A stretch of 43,955 nucleotides of DNA from Bacteroidota bacterium (GTDB lineage: Bacteria; Bacteroidota; Bacteroidia; Flavobacteriales_D; Sanyastnellaceae). Numbering within the stretch: position 1 is the first letter of the stretch; the number at the start of each line of letters is the position of its first letter. Below are positions 1-8,253 of the stretch, piece by piece. A model generated the notes under the pieces. That model did no database searches. It saw only the letters and a program-made list of their open reading frames with translations, and was not told the origin of the DNA. A program made the position numbers and the translations under genes. The stretch spans positions 1 to 43,955 of the forward strand of contig JBEEPJ010000001.1 of assembly GCA_041191165.1 (NCBI GenBank). Reading direction: 5' to 3'.

Positions 1-68
1 ACAGCGCCGTGGTTCAGGGCGGGGTCATGTCCCGCGAACATTGCGCGGGTCTCGAGATGTTCCGACAT
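1..68 (-). CDS. Possible 5' end of a CDS running off the left edge (22 codons visible: MSEHLETRAMFAGHDPALNHGA). Weakly reminiscent of N-termini of Cys/Met-metabolism PLP enzymes.
   Basis: ATG at 68-66 is open to the window edge. A near-consensus -7 box (GAACTTTG on the minus strand) lies just upstream. Too short for the ORF track, and the family guess is weak. Confidence 0.25.
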   Translation of the reverse strand, partial: MSEHLETRAMFAGHDPALNHGA

Positions 69-161
69 GCCGCAAAGTTCACCCATTCGCCCCCTAAACC
101 ACCTGTCCGAGGGGGTGCGGCGCGGATGCCGGTTAAGCGCCGAGTCGCAGCGGGTTGATTA

Positions 162-1349
162 TCAGTCCTGAATGGCAGCGATGCCCGGAAGCACTTCGCC
201 TTCGAGGTACTCCAGCATGGCGCCCCCACCGGTGGACACATAGCTCACCCGTTGGGCCAGTCCCATGGAATTGACGGCAGCCACAGAATCGCCTCCCCCG
301 ACCAATGAAAACGCACCCGACTGTTCCGTGGCTTCCGCCAGGGCTTCGGCCACCGACCGCGTTCCCCCTGCGAAGGCCGGCATCTCGAAAACGCCCATCG
401 GGCCGTTCCAGAGCAACGTCTTGGAGGACAGTACGGCTTCCCGGAACTTGGAAACGCTCTCCGCCCCGATGTCCAACCCCATCCACCCCTCGGGAATGGC
501 GTCCACCGCCACCAACTGCGTGGCGGCATCCGGCGCGAAGCGATCGGCGGCTACGGCGTCCACCGGCAATAAAATCTCGGTGCCCGCCTCCGCCGCCCGG
601 GCCAGGATGGCCCGCGCTTCCTCCACCCGCTCCGGCTCCGTCAAGCTCGACCCCACCGCTCCCCCCCTCGCCAGCACGAAGGTGTAAGCCATCCCCCCCC
701 CGACAATCAACCGGTCCACCCGGCCCACCAGGTTGCCGATGATGCCCAGCTTGGAACTCACCTTCGCCCCGCCGATGATGGCCGTCACCGGACGCTCGGG
801 CCGGGCCAGCACCCGCTCCAGCGCCTCCACCTCCTGCCCCATGAGCAGCCCGAAGGCCTTGTCCTCCGGGAAGAACCGGGCCATGACCGCCGTCGAGGCG
901 TGGGCCCGGTGGGCCGTTCCGAAAGCGTCCTGGATGTAGACATCGCCGTTTTCGGCGAGTTGGCCTGCGAAGAACTCATCCCCCGCCTCTTCCTCCGGGT
1001 GAAACCGGAGGTTTTCGAGCAGCGCGACTTCGCCGGGCTGCAGGGACTGCGTCACCTCCAGCGCGTCGTCGTCGATGCAATCCGGCGCAAACTTCACCGG
1101 CCGGCCCAGCAACTGGCTCAGGTGGGGGACGAGGTGCCGCAGGCTCAGCGCCTCGCTGGGCCCCTTGGGACGTCCGAGGTGGCTCATCAGCACGACCGAT
1201 GCGCCCTGGCGCAAAACGTACTCGATCGTGGGCAGCGCGGCCCGAATCCGCGTGTCGTCGGTGATTTCAAATGCCTCGTTCATGGGGACGTTGAAGTCCA
1301 CCCGGATGAGCGCCCGGCGCCCGGTCAAGTCCAAATCCTGCAACATCAT
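162..1349 (-). CDS. pgk: Phosphoglycerate kinase (395 aa)
   Basis: The real start is MMLQDLDLTGRRALIRVDFNVPMN at 1349; the track ORF 162..2054 is an upstream extension into glyQS. Typical PGK N-terminal RVDFNVP motif and C-terminal GGGDS..A / STGGGA motifs. The ATG overlaps the glyQS stop (ATGA). Confidence 0.95.
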   Translation of the reverse strand: MMLQDLDLTGRRALIRVDFNVPMNEAFEITDDTRIRAALPTIEYVLRQGASVVLMSHLGRPKGPSEALSLRHLVPHLSQLLGRPVKFAPDCIDDDALEVTQSLQPGEVALLENLRFHPEEEAGDEFFAGQLAENGDVYIQDAFGTAHRAHASTAVMARFFPEDKAFGLLMGQEVEALERVLARPERPVTAIIGGAKVSSKLGIIGNLVGRVDRLIVGGGMAYTFVLARGGAVGSSLTEPERVEEARAILARAAEAGTEILLPVDAVAADRFAPDAATQLVAVDAIPEGWMGLDIGAESVSKFREAVLSSKTLLWNGPMGVFEMPAFAGGTRSVAEALAEATEQSGAFSLVGGGDSVAAVNSMGLAQRVSYVSTGGGAMLEYLEGEVLPGIAAIQD

Positions 1350-2890
1350 TGCGCTGTGGCGTTTTGAAACAGCGAAGCCCACCCGGTGCGGGCGTGCAAA
1401 ACTTCGTGCAACCGGCTGATGGGCACGCGCTCTTGCGTCATGGTGTCGCGCTCCCGAACGGTGACGGCCTCGTCCGTGAGGGTATCGTGGTCCACCGTGA
1501 TGCAGAAGGGCGTCCCGATGGCGTCCTGCCGGCGATAGCGGCGCCCGATGGCGTCCTTGTCGTCGTACTGCAGATTGAAGTCCAGCTTGAGCCGGTCGAC
1601 CACCTCGCGCGCCTTCTCCGGCAGTCCGTCCTTTTTGATGAGCGGCAACACCGCCGCCTTCACCGGGGCCAGCGGCGCCGGGATGCGCAACACCGTGCGC
1701 TCCGAGCCGTCCGCCAGGACCTCCTCCTGATACGCGGCGCTCAGCACCGCCAGGAACAGACGGTCCAGCCCCACCGACGTCTCCACCACGTACGGGATGA
1801 AACTCTCCTGCGTCTCCGGGTCGAAGAACCGGAGCTTGCGCCCGCTGTGGGCCTCGTGTTGGGCGAGGTCGAAGTCCGTGCGCGAGTGAATGCCCTCGAG
1901 CTCCTTGAAGCCCATCGGGAACTGGAACTCGATGTCGCACGCGGCATCGGCGTAGTGGGCCAGCTTGACGTGGTCGTGGAAGCGGTACTTGTCCGGCCCC
2001 AGGCCCAGGGAGAGGTGCCAGCGGAGCCGTTCGTTCTTCCAGTACTCGTACCACTGGGCTTGGGTGCCTGGGGCGATGAAGAACTGCATCTCCATCTGCT
2101 CGAATTCCCGCATCCGGAAGATGAACTGCCGGGCGATGATCTCATTGCGGAAAGCCTTGCCCACCTGGGCGATGCCGAAGGGCAGCTTCATGCGGCCGCT
2201 CTTTTGGACGTTGAGGAAGTTCACGAAGATGCCCTGGGCCGTCTCGGGGCGCAGGTAGATGATGCCCGAGTCGCCGCTGACCGCGCCGAGCTCCGTCTTG
2301 AACATGAGGTTGAACTGGCGCACGTCGGTCCAGTTGCGGCTGCCCGTCTCCGGATCGGCGATGCCCAGCTCCTCGATGAGTGCCTTGACGGCGGCGAGGT
2401 CGCCGGCGTTCATGGCGTCCCGAAACCGGTTCTGGATGCCCTCGATCTCGCCCTGCCGGCGCAACACCTGTTCGTTGGTGGAGCGGAATTGGCCTTCATC
2501 AAACGCCTCCCCGAAGCGGGCGCGGGCCTTGTCCACATCCTTCTGGATCTTCGCTTCGATCTTGGCGATGTGCTCTTCGATCAAGACGTCCGCCCGGTAG
2601 CGCTTCTTGGAGTCCTTGTTGTCGATGAGCGGATCGTTGAAGGCATCCACGTGGCCCGACGCCTTCCAAGTCGTGGGATGCATGAAAATCGAGGCGTCGA
2701 TGCCCACGATGTTCTCGTGCATGCGCACCATGGCGGTCCACCAGTAGTTCCGGATGTTCTGCTTGAGCTCGGCGCCCAGCTGTCCGTAGTCGTAGGCGGC
2801 GCTCAGGCCGTCGTAGATTTCGCTGGAGGGAAACACGAAGCCGTACTCTTTCGCGTGGCTGATGACTTTTTTCAGGAGATCGTCGCTCAT
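1346..2890 (-). CDS. glyQS: Glycine--tRNA ligase, homodimeric class II type (514 aa from ATG 2890; alternative ATG at 2911 adds MAAQFPI)
   Basis: MSDDLLKKVISHAKEYGFVFPSSEIYDGLSAAYDYGQLG is the characteristic GlyQS N-terminus, with class II motifs throughout. The stop TGA at 1348-1346 overlaps the pgk ATG. Confidence 0.93.
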   Translation of the reverse strand: MSDDLLKKVISHAKEYGFVFPSSEIYDGLSAAYDYGQLGAELKQNIRNYWWTAMVRMHENIVGIDASIFMHPTTWKASGHVDAFNDPLIDNKDSKKRYRADVLIEEHIAKIEAKIQKDVDKARARFGEAFDEGQFRSTNEQVLRRQGEIEGIQNRFRDAMNAGDLAAVKALIEELGIADPETGSRNWTDVRQFNLMFKTELGAVSGDSGIIYLRPETAQGIFVNFLNVQKSGRMKLPFGIAQVGKAFRNEIIARQFIFRMREFEQMEMQFFIAPGTQAQWYEYWKNERLRWHLSLGLGPDKYRFHDHVKLAHYADAACDIEFQFPMGFKELEGIHSRTDFDLAQHEAHSGRKLRFFDPETQESFIPYVVETSVGLDRLFLAVLSAAYQEEVLADGSERTVLRIPAPLAPVKAAVLPLIKKDGLPEKAREVVDRLKLDFNLQYDDKDAIGRRYRRQDAIGTPFCITVDHDTLTDEAVTVRERDTMTQERVPISRLHEVLHARTGWASLFQNATAQ

Positions 2891-2923
2891 GATTGGGAAT
2901 TGTGCGGCCATTTTCCGCGGCGG

Positions 2924-2931
2924 CAAAGTTA
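2924..2931 (-). promoter_or_regulatory. Bacteroidota-type -7 promoter box TAACTTTG (TAnnTTTG) for glyQS-pgk, with TTTG (2951-2948) 16 nt upstream as a -33 candidate
   Basis: Exact match to TAnnTTTG read on the minus strand, 13 nt upstream of ATG 2911 and 34 nt upstream of ATG 2890. Confidence 0.5.
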
Positions 2932-2979
2932 GCGCACTTTTGCAGGCCAAACCCGTCTCCCCCCCACCCCTCCAACCCA

Positions 2980-2987
2980 TAACTTTG
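2980..2987 (+). promoter_or_regulatory. Bacteroidota-type -7 promoter box TAACTTTG for gpsA; it ends 4 nt before the ATG
   Basis: Exact TAnnTTTG match, with the same 8-mer as the divergent glyQS box. The spacing implies a leaderless or near-leaderless mRNA. Confidence 0.45.
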
Positions 2988-2991
2988 CCCC

Positions 2992-3990
2992 ATGTCGCAG
3001 CACCCCCGCATCGGTCTCCTCGGCAGTGGCAGTTGGGCCACCGCCATTGCCAAGATGTTGGTTACCAACGTCGAAACCCTGAATTGGTGGGTTCGGCGGG
3101 AGGAGACGGCGGAATACCTGCAGATGTACGGTCGCAATCCGCATTACATCCAGAGCATCGTACTGCCCACCAGCCAGTTGCGGGTTTCCACAAACATGCA
3201 AGAGGTGGTGGACGCCTCTGACATCCTGATCTTCGCCATCCCCTCGGTGCACCTCCACCGGACCATTCAGGAACACAAGCCGCAGGGGCTCGCGGACAAG
3301 GTCATCTTTTCGGCTATCAAGGGGATGGTGGTCGAGTTCAATTCCATCCCAGCCCGATACTTTCACAAGGAGTTCAGGACGCCTTATGACCGCATCGGAC
3401 TCATCGCCGGCCCTTGCCACGCTGAGGAGGTAGCCCGTGAGAAGCTGTCCTACCTGACGGTGGCCTGTCCCGACCTCGCGCTGGCGCGCACCATGGCGGA
3501 CCTGCTCACCACCCGCTACATCCGGGTGAACACCAGCGAGGATGTCTTCGGAACGGAGCTGGCCGCGGTGTTGAAGAACATCTATGCGATTGCGGCGGGG
3601 ATTGCGCATGGTTTGGGCTACGGAGACAACTTCCTGAGTGTCCTGATCGCGAACGCCTCGCAGGAGATGAAGCGCTTCTTGGCCGCCGTGCACCAGGTGG
3701 ATCGCGATGTCAAGGGCAGCCCCTATCTCGGCGACCTGCTCGTGACGGCGTACAGCCCGCACAGCCGCAACCGGACGCTGGGCATGATGATCGGCAAGGG
3801 CTACAGCGTCAAGGGGGCCATCATGGAGATGGACATGGTGGCGGAAGGGTTCAACGGTTCCCAGGGTATCTACCTGATGAACAAGCAGTTCCAAGTGCAC
3901 CTCCCCATCGCCGACGCGGTGTACCGCATCCTGCACGAAAAGATGTCGCCGGTGATCGAGATGCGCCTGTTGATCGAGGAGCTGAGCTGA
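2992..3990 (+). CDS. gpsA: NAD(P)H-dependent glycerol-3-phosphate dehydrogenase (332 aa)
   Basis: N-terminal GSGSWATA dinucleotide-binding motif and full-length GpsA-like sequence (GPCHAEEV, KNIYAIAAG). Confidence 0.93.
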   Translation: MSQHPRIGLLGSGSWATAIAKMLVTNVETLNWWVRREETAEYLQMYGRNPHYIQSIVLPTSQLRVSTNMQEVVDASDILIFAIPSVHLHRTIQEHKPQGLADKVIFSAIKGMVVEFNSIPARYFHKEFRTPYDRIGLIAGPCHAEEVAREKLSYLTVACPDLALARTMADLLTTRYIRVNTSEDVFGTELAAVLKNIYAIAAGIAHGLGYGDNFLSVLIANASQEMKRFLAAVHQVDRDVKGSPYLGDLLVTAYSPHSRNRTLGMMIGKGYSVKGAIMEMDMVAEGFNGSQGIYLMNKQFQVHLPIADAVYRILHEKMSPVIEMRLLIEELS

Positions 3991-4140
3991 GCGCTGCGCT
4001 TCGTTTCGCTTCGCGCTGGGAACGCGCTGTGACGGGAACGTCCTGCGCGCACGTCGGGCGCCGCGGGCTTCTCAATTCTCCCTTCTCCCTCCGGCTTCGA
4101 GCAACCCGCGTGCCGTATCTTTCGTTCTGACACTGTCCCC

Positions 4141-7100
4141 ATGCACAAACTCCACACATTGAGCCCACTAACCTCGTGCCTGCGAATGGCCTTCGGGGTG
4201 GCTTGGGTGCTGCTCGGGGTGGGGGTTGACTTGCTCGCGCAAGGGCCGGGCGAACCGCGGCGGGGCCGGGTGGTGCAGGGGATGAAGCACGAGGCGAAGC
4301 GGTTGGAATTCATTCCCAACGGCGGGCAGTGGCCGGAGGAGGTGGTGGCGCGAACTTCGTTGGGGGTGGGGCAGTTTTGGTTGGAGCGCAACGGCTGGGT
4401 GGCCGACGTGCGGGGGCCGGGCTTCGATGCCTTGACGGGCCACGGCGCTTGGGGAGCGGGGGGGAAGCGGCTGGAGGGCCATGCGTGGCGGGTGACGTGG
4501 GAGGGGAGCGCGTCGGAGCCGGAGGTGGTGGGGGAGGAGCCCGTGGAGCAGGTGGTGAATTATTACCTCGGGGCGGATCCGGGGCGGTGGGCGAGCGGGT
4601 TGGTGCCGGTGGAGCGGATGCGGTTGCGGGAGGTTTGGGCGGGCGTGGAGGTGCGGATGCACGGTGACTTTGCCGGGAGGAACCGCATGAAATACGATTT
4701 CGTGGTGGCGCCGGGGGCGGATGCGGGGGTGGTCCGGTTGTTGCATGCGGGCACGGTGCCGCGGTTGGAGGCGGACGGGTCGCTGGTGCATGCGCTCGGG
4801 AAGCCCGGCGAGGTGTGGGGCGAGATCCGCGAGTTGCCGCCCTTTGCCTACCAGATCTTGGAAGGCCAAATCCATTCCATCCCCTGCTCCTACACCCTGC
4901 AGCCGCTGCCCGACGGCACGTTCCGGGTGGGATTCGCGCTCGGGGCATACGATGCCACGCAGGAGCTGGTCATCGACCCGGAGCTCGTGTTTGCCAGTTT
5001 CATTGGGAGCACGGCGGACAGTTGGGGGGTGACGGCGGGGTATGACCCTTCCGACCGGCTCATCGGCGGTTCGGGGGTGTTGGGGCAGGGTTATCCGACC
5101 ACGGCCGGGGCCTGGGACCAGACGTTTGGGGGGGGCTGGTTCGATGTGGGGTTGAGCTTTTTCGATGCGGATGGGGGCGGTTTGGCCTTCAGCACCTACA
5201 TCGGCGGCACGGGGATGGACTTTCCGCACAGCATCGTCTCGGATGACCTCGGGAACATTTTCCTGATGGGGACGACGGGGTCGGCGAACTTTCCGACGAC
5301 GGCGGGGGCGGCGCAGGGGGTGTTTACGGGCGGGCCTCCGGTGGACCTTGGGGCCAATCAATTTTACGGCTCATATGACCAGGGGAGCGACATTTTTGTG
5401 GTCAAGTTGAGCGGGGCGAATGGGTCCTTGCTGGCCTCGACGTTTATGGGCGGCGGCGGAAACGACGGGCTCAACCTCGGGGTCGAGCTCAATTACAACT
5501 ACGGCGATGTGTGCCGGGGTGAGATCGCCATCGATGCGCTCGGCGCGCCTTGGGTGGCCACGACGACTTCGAGTTCCAACTTCACCATGGTGGGCGCCTT
5601 CGATGGCACGTTGTCGGGCGCCACGGATGCGGTGATCTTTCGGTTGTCACCGGATTTGGGCACGCTGACGTGGTCCTCGTACCTCGGGGGCAGCAGCGAC
5701 GACTCGGGGTATGGCATCCAGTTCGCGCAGGGGTCGCAGCGGGTGTATGTGACCGGGGGGACGCGGAGCAACAGCTTTCCGTCGGTGGCGGGAAGTGCCC
5801 AGCCCACCTACGGAGGGGGGGTGGACGGATTTCTGGCGCTGCTCGAGCCTTCCGGGGCCGGCTGGGGCTTGACCCGTTCGACTTACATCGGCTCGTCGGC
5901 GTATGACCAGTCGTACTTCGTGCAGTTGGACACCGAAGACCGGCCGTATGCCTGTGGCCAAACCACGGGCAACCTCTCCCTCGTCGGACCCGTGTATGCC
6001 GCCAATCCCAACGGGAGCACCTTCGTCGCACAGTATGCGCCGGATTTGGCCTCGCTCACCCTCCGCACGCGCGTGGGGCTCAACCAAACGAGTGTGGACA
6101 TCAGCCCCACGGCTTTTCTGGTCAGCGATTGCGACGAGATTTACATCAGCGGCTGGGGTGGCGAAACGAATACGTTCAACTCGGCTTACATCACCAACTC
6201 CACGACGACGGGGATGCCCACGACCCCGGACGCGGAGCAGCTGACGACGGATGGCAGCGACTTCTGGCTGGGGGTGTTGTCGCCGGGCGCGGCTGCGCTT
6301 ACGTATGGAACGTTCTTCGGCGGCAGCTTCTCGAATGAGCACGTCGACGGCGGAACGTCGCGCTTCGACAAGAACGGAACGGTCTACCAGGCCGTGTGTG
6401 CGGGATGCGGCGGGTTCGACGATTTCCCGACGACGGGAGGGGTTTGGAGTCCCAACAACCTGGCTTCCAACTGCAATCTCGGGGTGTTCAAGTTCAACCT
6501 GGGGTCGCTCTCCGCGGACATCGACATCGAGGCGCCGGATGTCATCTGTCCGGGGGAGCCGGTGAGTTTTGTGAACACGAGCATCGGCGGGACGACGTAC
6601 GAATGGTTCTTCGGGGACCTGGATTCGAGCACGGAGGAGAATCCGACCCACACGTACCTCACGGCGGGGGAGTGGGAGGTGATGCTGGTGGTGAGTGCCG
6701 GGCCGGATGGGACGGGCTGCCTCGCCCCGGACACGGCGTACGCCACGCTGTTCGTGGCGGACCTGCCCAACCCGAGCATCGATGAGGTGGGGGTGCTGTG
6801 CGGGGGGGAGTCGGTGACGTTGCAGGCGTGGGGGACGGGGGATTTGGCCTGGAATCCGCACCCGACGCTCACGGGGGGCAACACGGCCACTCCAACAGTA
6901 ACTCCCACGACAACAACGACTTACACAGTAGAAGACAGCAATGAATGCGGCGCGGCGACGGCTTCGGTGACGGTGGTGGTCGGAACGGCGGATTTCGACA
7001 TCACGCCTTCTCAGCCCATGTGCCTCGGCGATGTCGTGGACCTCGCGCTCACCGGGGCGGTGGGGGTGACCTGGAGCCCGACGGTGGGACTGGGTACCCC

Positions 7101-8175
7101 GGGCGCTCCCTCGACGACCGCCTCGCCGTTGGTGACGACGACCTACACGGCTTATGGCGTGACCGCCGAAGGTTGCGAGGGGGAGGAAACCGTGACGCTT
7201 TACGTGGTGCCGTCGGCTCCCGGAGGCGAGGTGTATCCCGAGATTTTCCTATGCGCCGGCCAGGGGGTCTACCTCCAAGCCGCAGAAGGCGACTCGTACC
7301 TCTGGTCGCCGGCGACTTCGCTGAGCAACCCCTTGTTGCCCAATCCCTACGCGCTGCCCTCGGCGTCCACGACGTATGCGGTGAGTATCGCCAATGTCTG
7401 CGGGGTGGGGGTGGATTCGGTGACGGTGACGCTCATCACGCCTTCCGTCGATGCATCGGGCGGGGGCTGGATGTGCCGAGGGGAGTCGATGACGCTGACG
7501 GCCTCACCGGGGGTGAATTACAGCTGGAATCCGGCGTCCCTCGCAGGCACGCCCACTGCACAGTCCACCGTGGTCTTCCCAGTGGAGTCCACCACGTTCA
7601 CGGTTTTCGTGACGGACGATTTCGGCTGCACGGCTTCCTCGCAAATCGAGGTCGGGGTGTGGCAGCCGCCGTATGTGGACGCCGGCCCCGACCGGGAGAT
7701 TGACTGGCTCGATGAGACCCGGCTCTTCGGCACGGTGGATGCGGACACGTTTTGGTGGTCGCCGCCGGAGGCGCTCAGCTGCTCGGATTGCCTGACCCCG
7801 GTCGTGCTGCAATCGGAGCCTGGGTGGTTCGTGCTCTCCACCATTTCAGATCAGGGCTGCATCGGCCGTGACAGTGTGCACCTCGAGGTGTTCTTCCCGG
7901 TGTACGTACCTACGGCGTTCACGCCCAACCAGGATGGCATCAACGACGTTTTCCGCGTCGAGGGGGTGGAGCCCCGGGGGTATCGGCTGGAGATTTTCAA
8001 CCGATGGGGCGAAATGGTTTTCTGGAGCACGGATCCGGAGGAGCCCTGGCTGGGGAACGAACAGGTGAAGGGAGGCGAGCATTACGTTCCGGATGGCGTG
8101 TACTCATGGCGGTTGCGGTTCGAGTTGCGCGATGGACCCTACCTGCTGGAGGGCCCGGTGACGCTGGTGCGCTGA
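4141..8175 (+). CDS. Giant secreted surface protein (1344 aa). Order of parts: signal peptide, DUF7948-like N-terminal region, SBBP-type beta-propeller repeats, PKD domain, 4-5 tandem Cys-containing Ig-like modules, gliding-motility/T9SS type-B C-terminal sorting domain.
   Basis: FIPNGGQW N-terminal motif. Repeated ..Y(L/I)GG...D.G..I..D....Y(V/I)(T/A)G.T.S..FP.. SBBP-like units. PKD signature (VSFVNTS..YEWFFGD...NPTHTY). C-terminus VPTAFTPNQDGINDVFRVEG...LEIFNRWGEMVF is typical of the CHU_C/type-B CTD. Confidence 0.9.
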   Translation: MHKLHTLSPLTSCLRMAFGVAWVLLGVGVDLLAQGPGEPRRGRVVQGMKHEAKRLEFIPNGGQWPEEVVARTSLGVGQFWLERNGWVADVRGPGFDALTGHGAWGAGGKRLEGHAWRVTWEGSASEPEVVGEEPVEQVVNYYLGADPGRWASGLVPVERMRLREVWAGVEVRMHGDFAGRNRMKYDFVVAPGADAGVVRLLHAGTVPRLEADGSLVHALGKPGEVWGEIRELPPFAYQILEGQIHSIPCSYTLQPLPDGTFRVGFALGAYDATQELVIDPELVFASFIGSTADSWGVTAGYDPSDRLIGGSGVLGQGYPTTAGAWDQTFGGGWFDVGLSFFDADGGGLAFSTYIGGTGMDFPHSIVSDDLGNIFLMGTTGSANFPTTAGAAQGVFTGGPPVDLGANQFYGSYDQGSDIFVVKLSGANGSLLASTFMGGGGNDGLNLGVELNYNYGDVCRGEIAIDALGAPWVATTTSSSNFTMVGAFDGTLSGATDAVIFRLSPDLGTLTWSSYLGGSSDDSGYGIQFAQGSQRVYVTGGTRSNSFPSVAGSAQPTYGGGVDGFLALLEPSGAGWGLTRSTYIGSSAYDQSYFVQLDTEDRPYACGQTTGNLSLVGPVYAANPNGSTFVAQYAPDLASLTLRTRVGLNQTSVDISPTAFLVSDCDEIYISGWGGETNTFNSAYITNSTTTGMPTTPDAEQLTTDGSDFWLGVLSPGAAALTYGTFFGGSFSNEHVDGGTSRFDKNGTVYQAVCAGCGGFDDFPTTGGVWSPNNLASNCNLGVFKFNLGSLSADIDIEAPDVICPGEPVSFVNTSIGGTTYEWFFGDLDSSTEENPTHTYLTAGEWEVMLVVSAGPDGTGCLAPDTAYATLFVADLPNPSIDEVGVLCGGESVTLQAWGTGDLAWNPHPTLTGGNTATPTVTPTTTTTYTVEDSNECGAATASVTVVVGTADFDITPSQPMCLGDVVDLALTGAVGVTWSPTVGLGTPGAPSTTASPLVTTTYTAYGVTAEGCEGEETVTLYVVPSAPGGEVYPEIFLCAGQGVYLQAAEGDSYLWSPATSLSNPLLPNPYALPSASTTYAVSIANVCGVGVDSVTVTLITPSVDASGGGWMCRGESMTLTASPGVNYSWNPASLAGTPTAQSTVVFPVESTTFTVFVTDDFGCTASSQIEVGVWQPPYVDAGPDREIDWLDETRLFGTVDADTFWWSPPEALSCSDCLTPVVLQSEPGWFVLSTISDQGCIGRDSVHLEVFFPVYVPTAFTPNQDGINDVFRVEGVEPRGYRLEIFNRWGEMVFWSTDPEEPWLGNEQVKGGEHYVPDGVYSWRLRFELRDGPYLLEGPVTLVR
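6790..7880 (+). repeat. In-frame tandem array of about 65-aa modules inside the 4141..8175 CDS. Each begins x(L/M)C.G(E/D/Q).v.L.a.G and ends with a second Cys plus a beta-strand (..C....sVTV.V).
   Basis: Visible modules: VLCGGESVTLQAWG...ECGAATASVTVVV; PMCLGDVVDLALTG...EGCEGEETVTLYVV; FLCAGQGVYLQAAEG...NVCGVGVDSVTVTLI; WMCRGESMTLTASPG...DFGCTASSQIEVGV; plus a degenerate fifth. Boundaries are approximate. Confidence 0.7.
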
Positions 8176-8253
8176 TTTTTTTCGGAGGGGTTTTGGGGTG
8201 CGAGGCCCGTTGGAGGTTGCATCGTTTCGCGGAGGGATGTACTTTCGCCCTCC

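Noticed and set aside
14-241. 75-aa minus-strand ORF overlapping the 3' end of pgk
   Set aside because: It is out of frame with pgk and has no motifs. The short ATG-68 frame is a better, though still weak, candidate for the gene at the left edge.
162-2054. 630-aa track ORF, suggesting a much longer pgk product
   Set aside because: The first 235 aa are Gly/Arg/Pro-rich nonsense overlapping glyQS in another frame. The PGK homology begins at MMLQDLDL (ATG 1349).
1349-2932. 527-aa ORF on the plus strand, antisense to glyQS
   Set aside because: It is an Arg/Ala/Gly/His-rich, low-information translation typical of shadow ORFs in high-GC DNA. The opposite strand encodes an unmistakable GlyRS.
2929-3936. 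335-aa minus-strand ORF antisense to gpsA
   Set aside because: Shadow ORF. gpsA on the plus strand has clear family motifs.
4168-6861. Several long minus-strand ORFs (4168..5361, 4310..4948, 5647..6861) antisense to the giant surface-protein gene
   Set aside because: Their composition is extremely Pro/Arg/His-rich with no motifs. They are frame-shadow artefacts of a GC3-rich gene.
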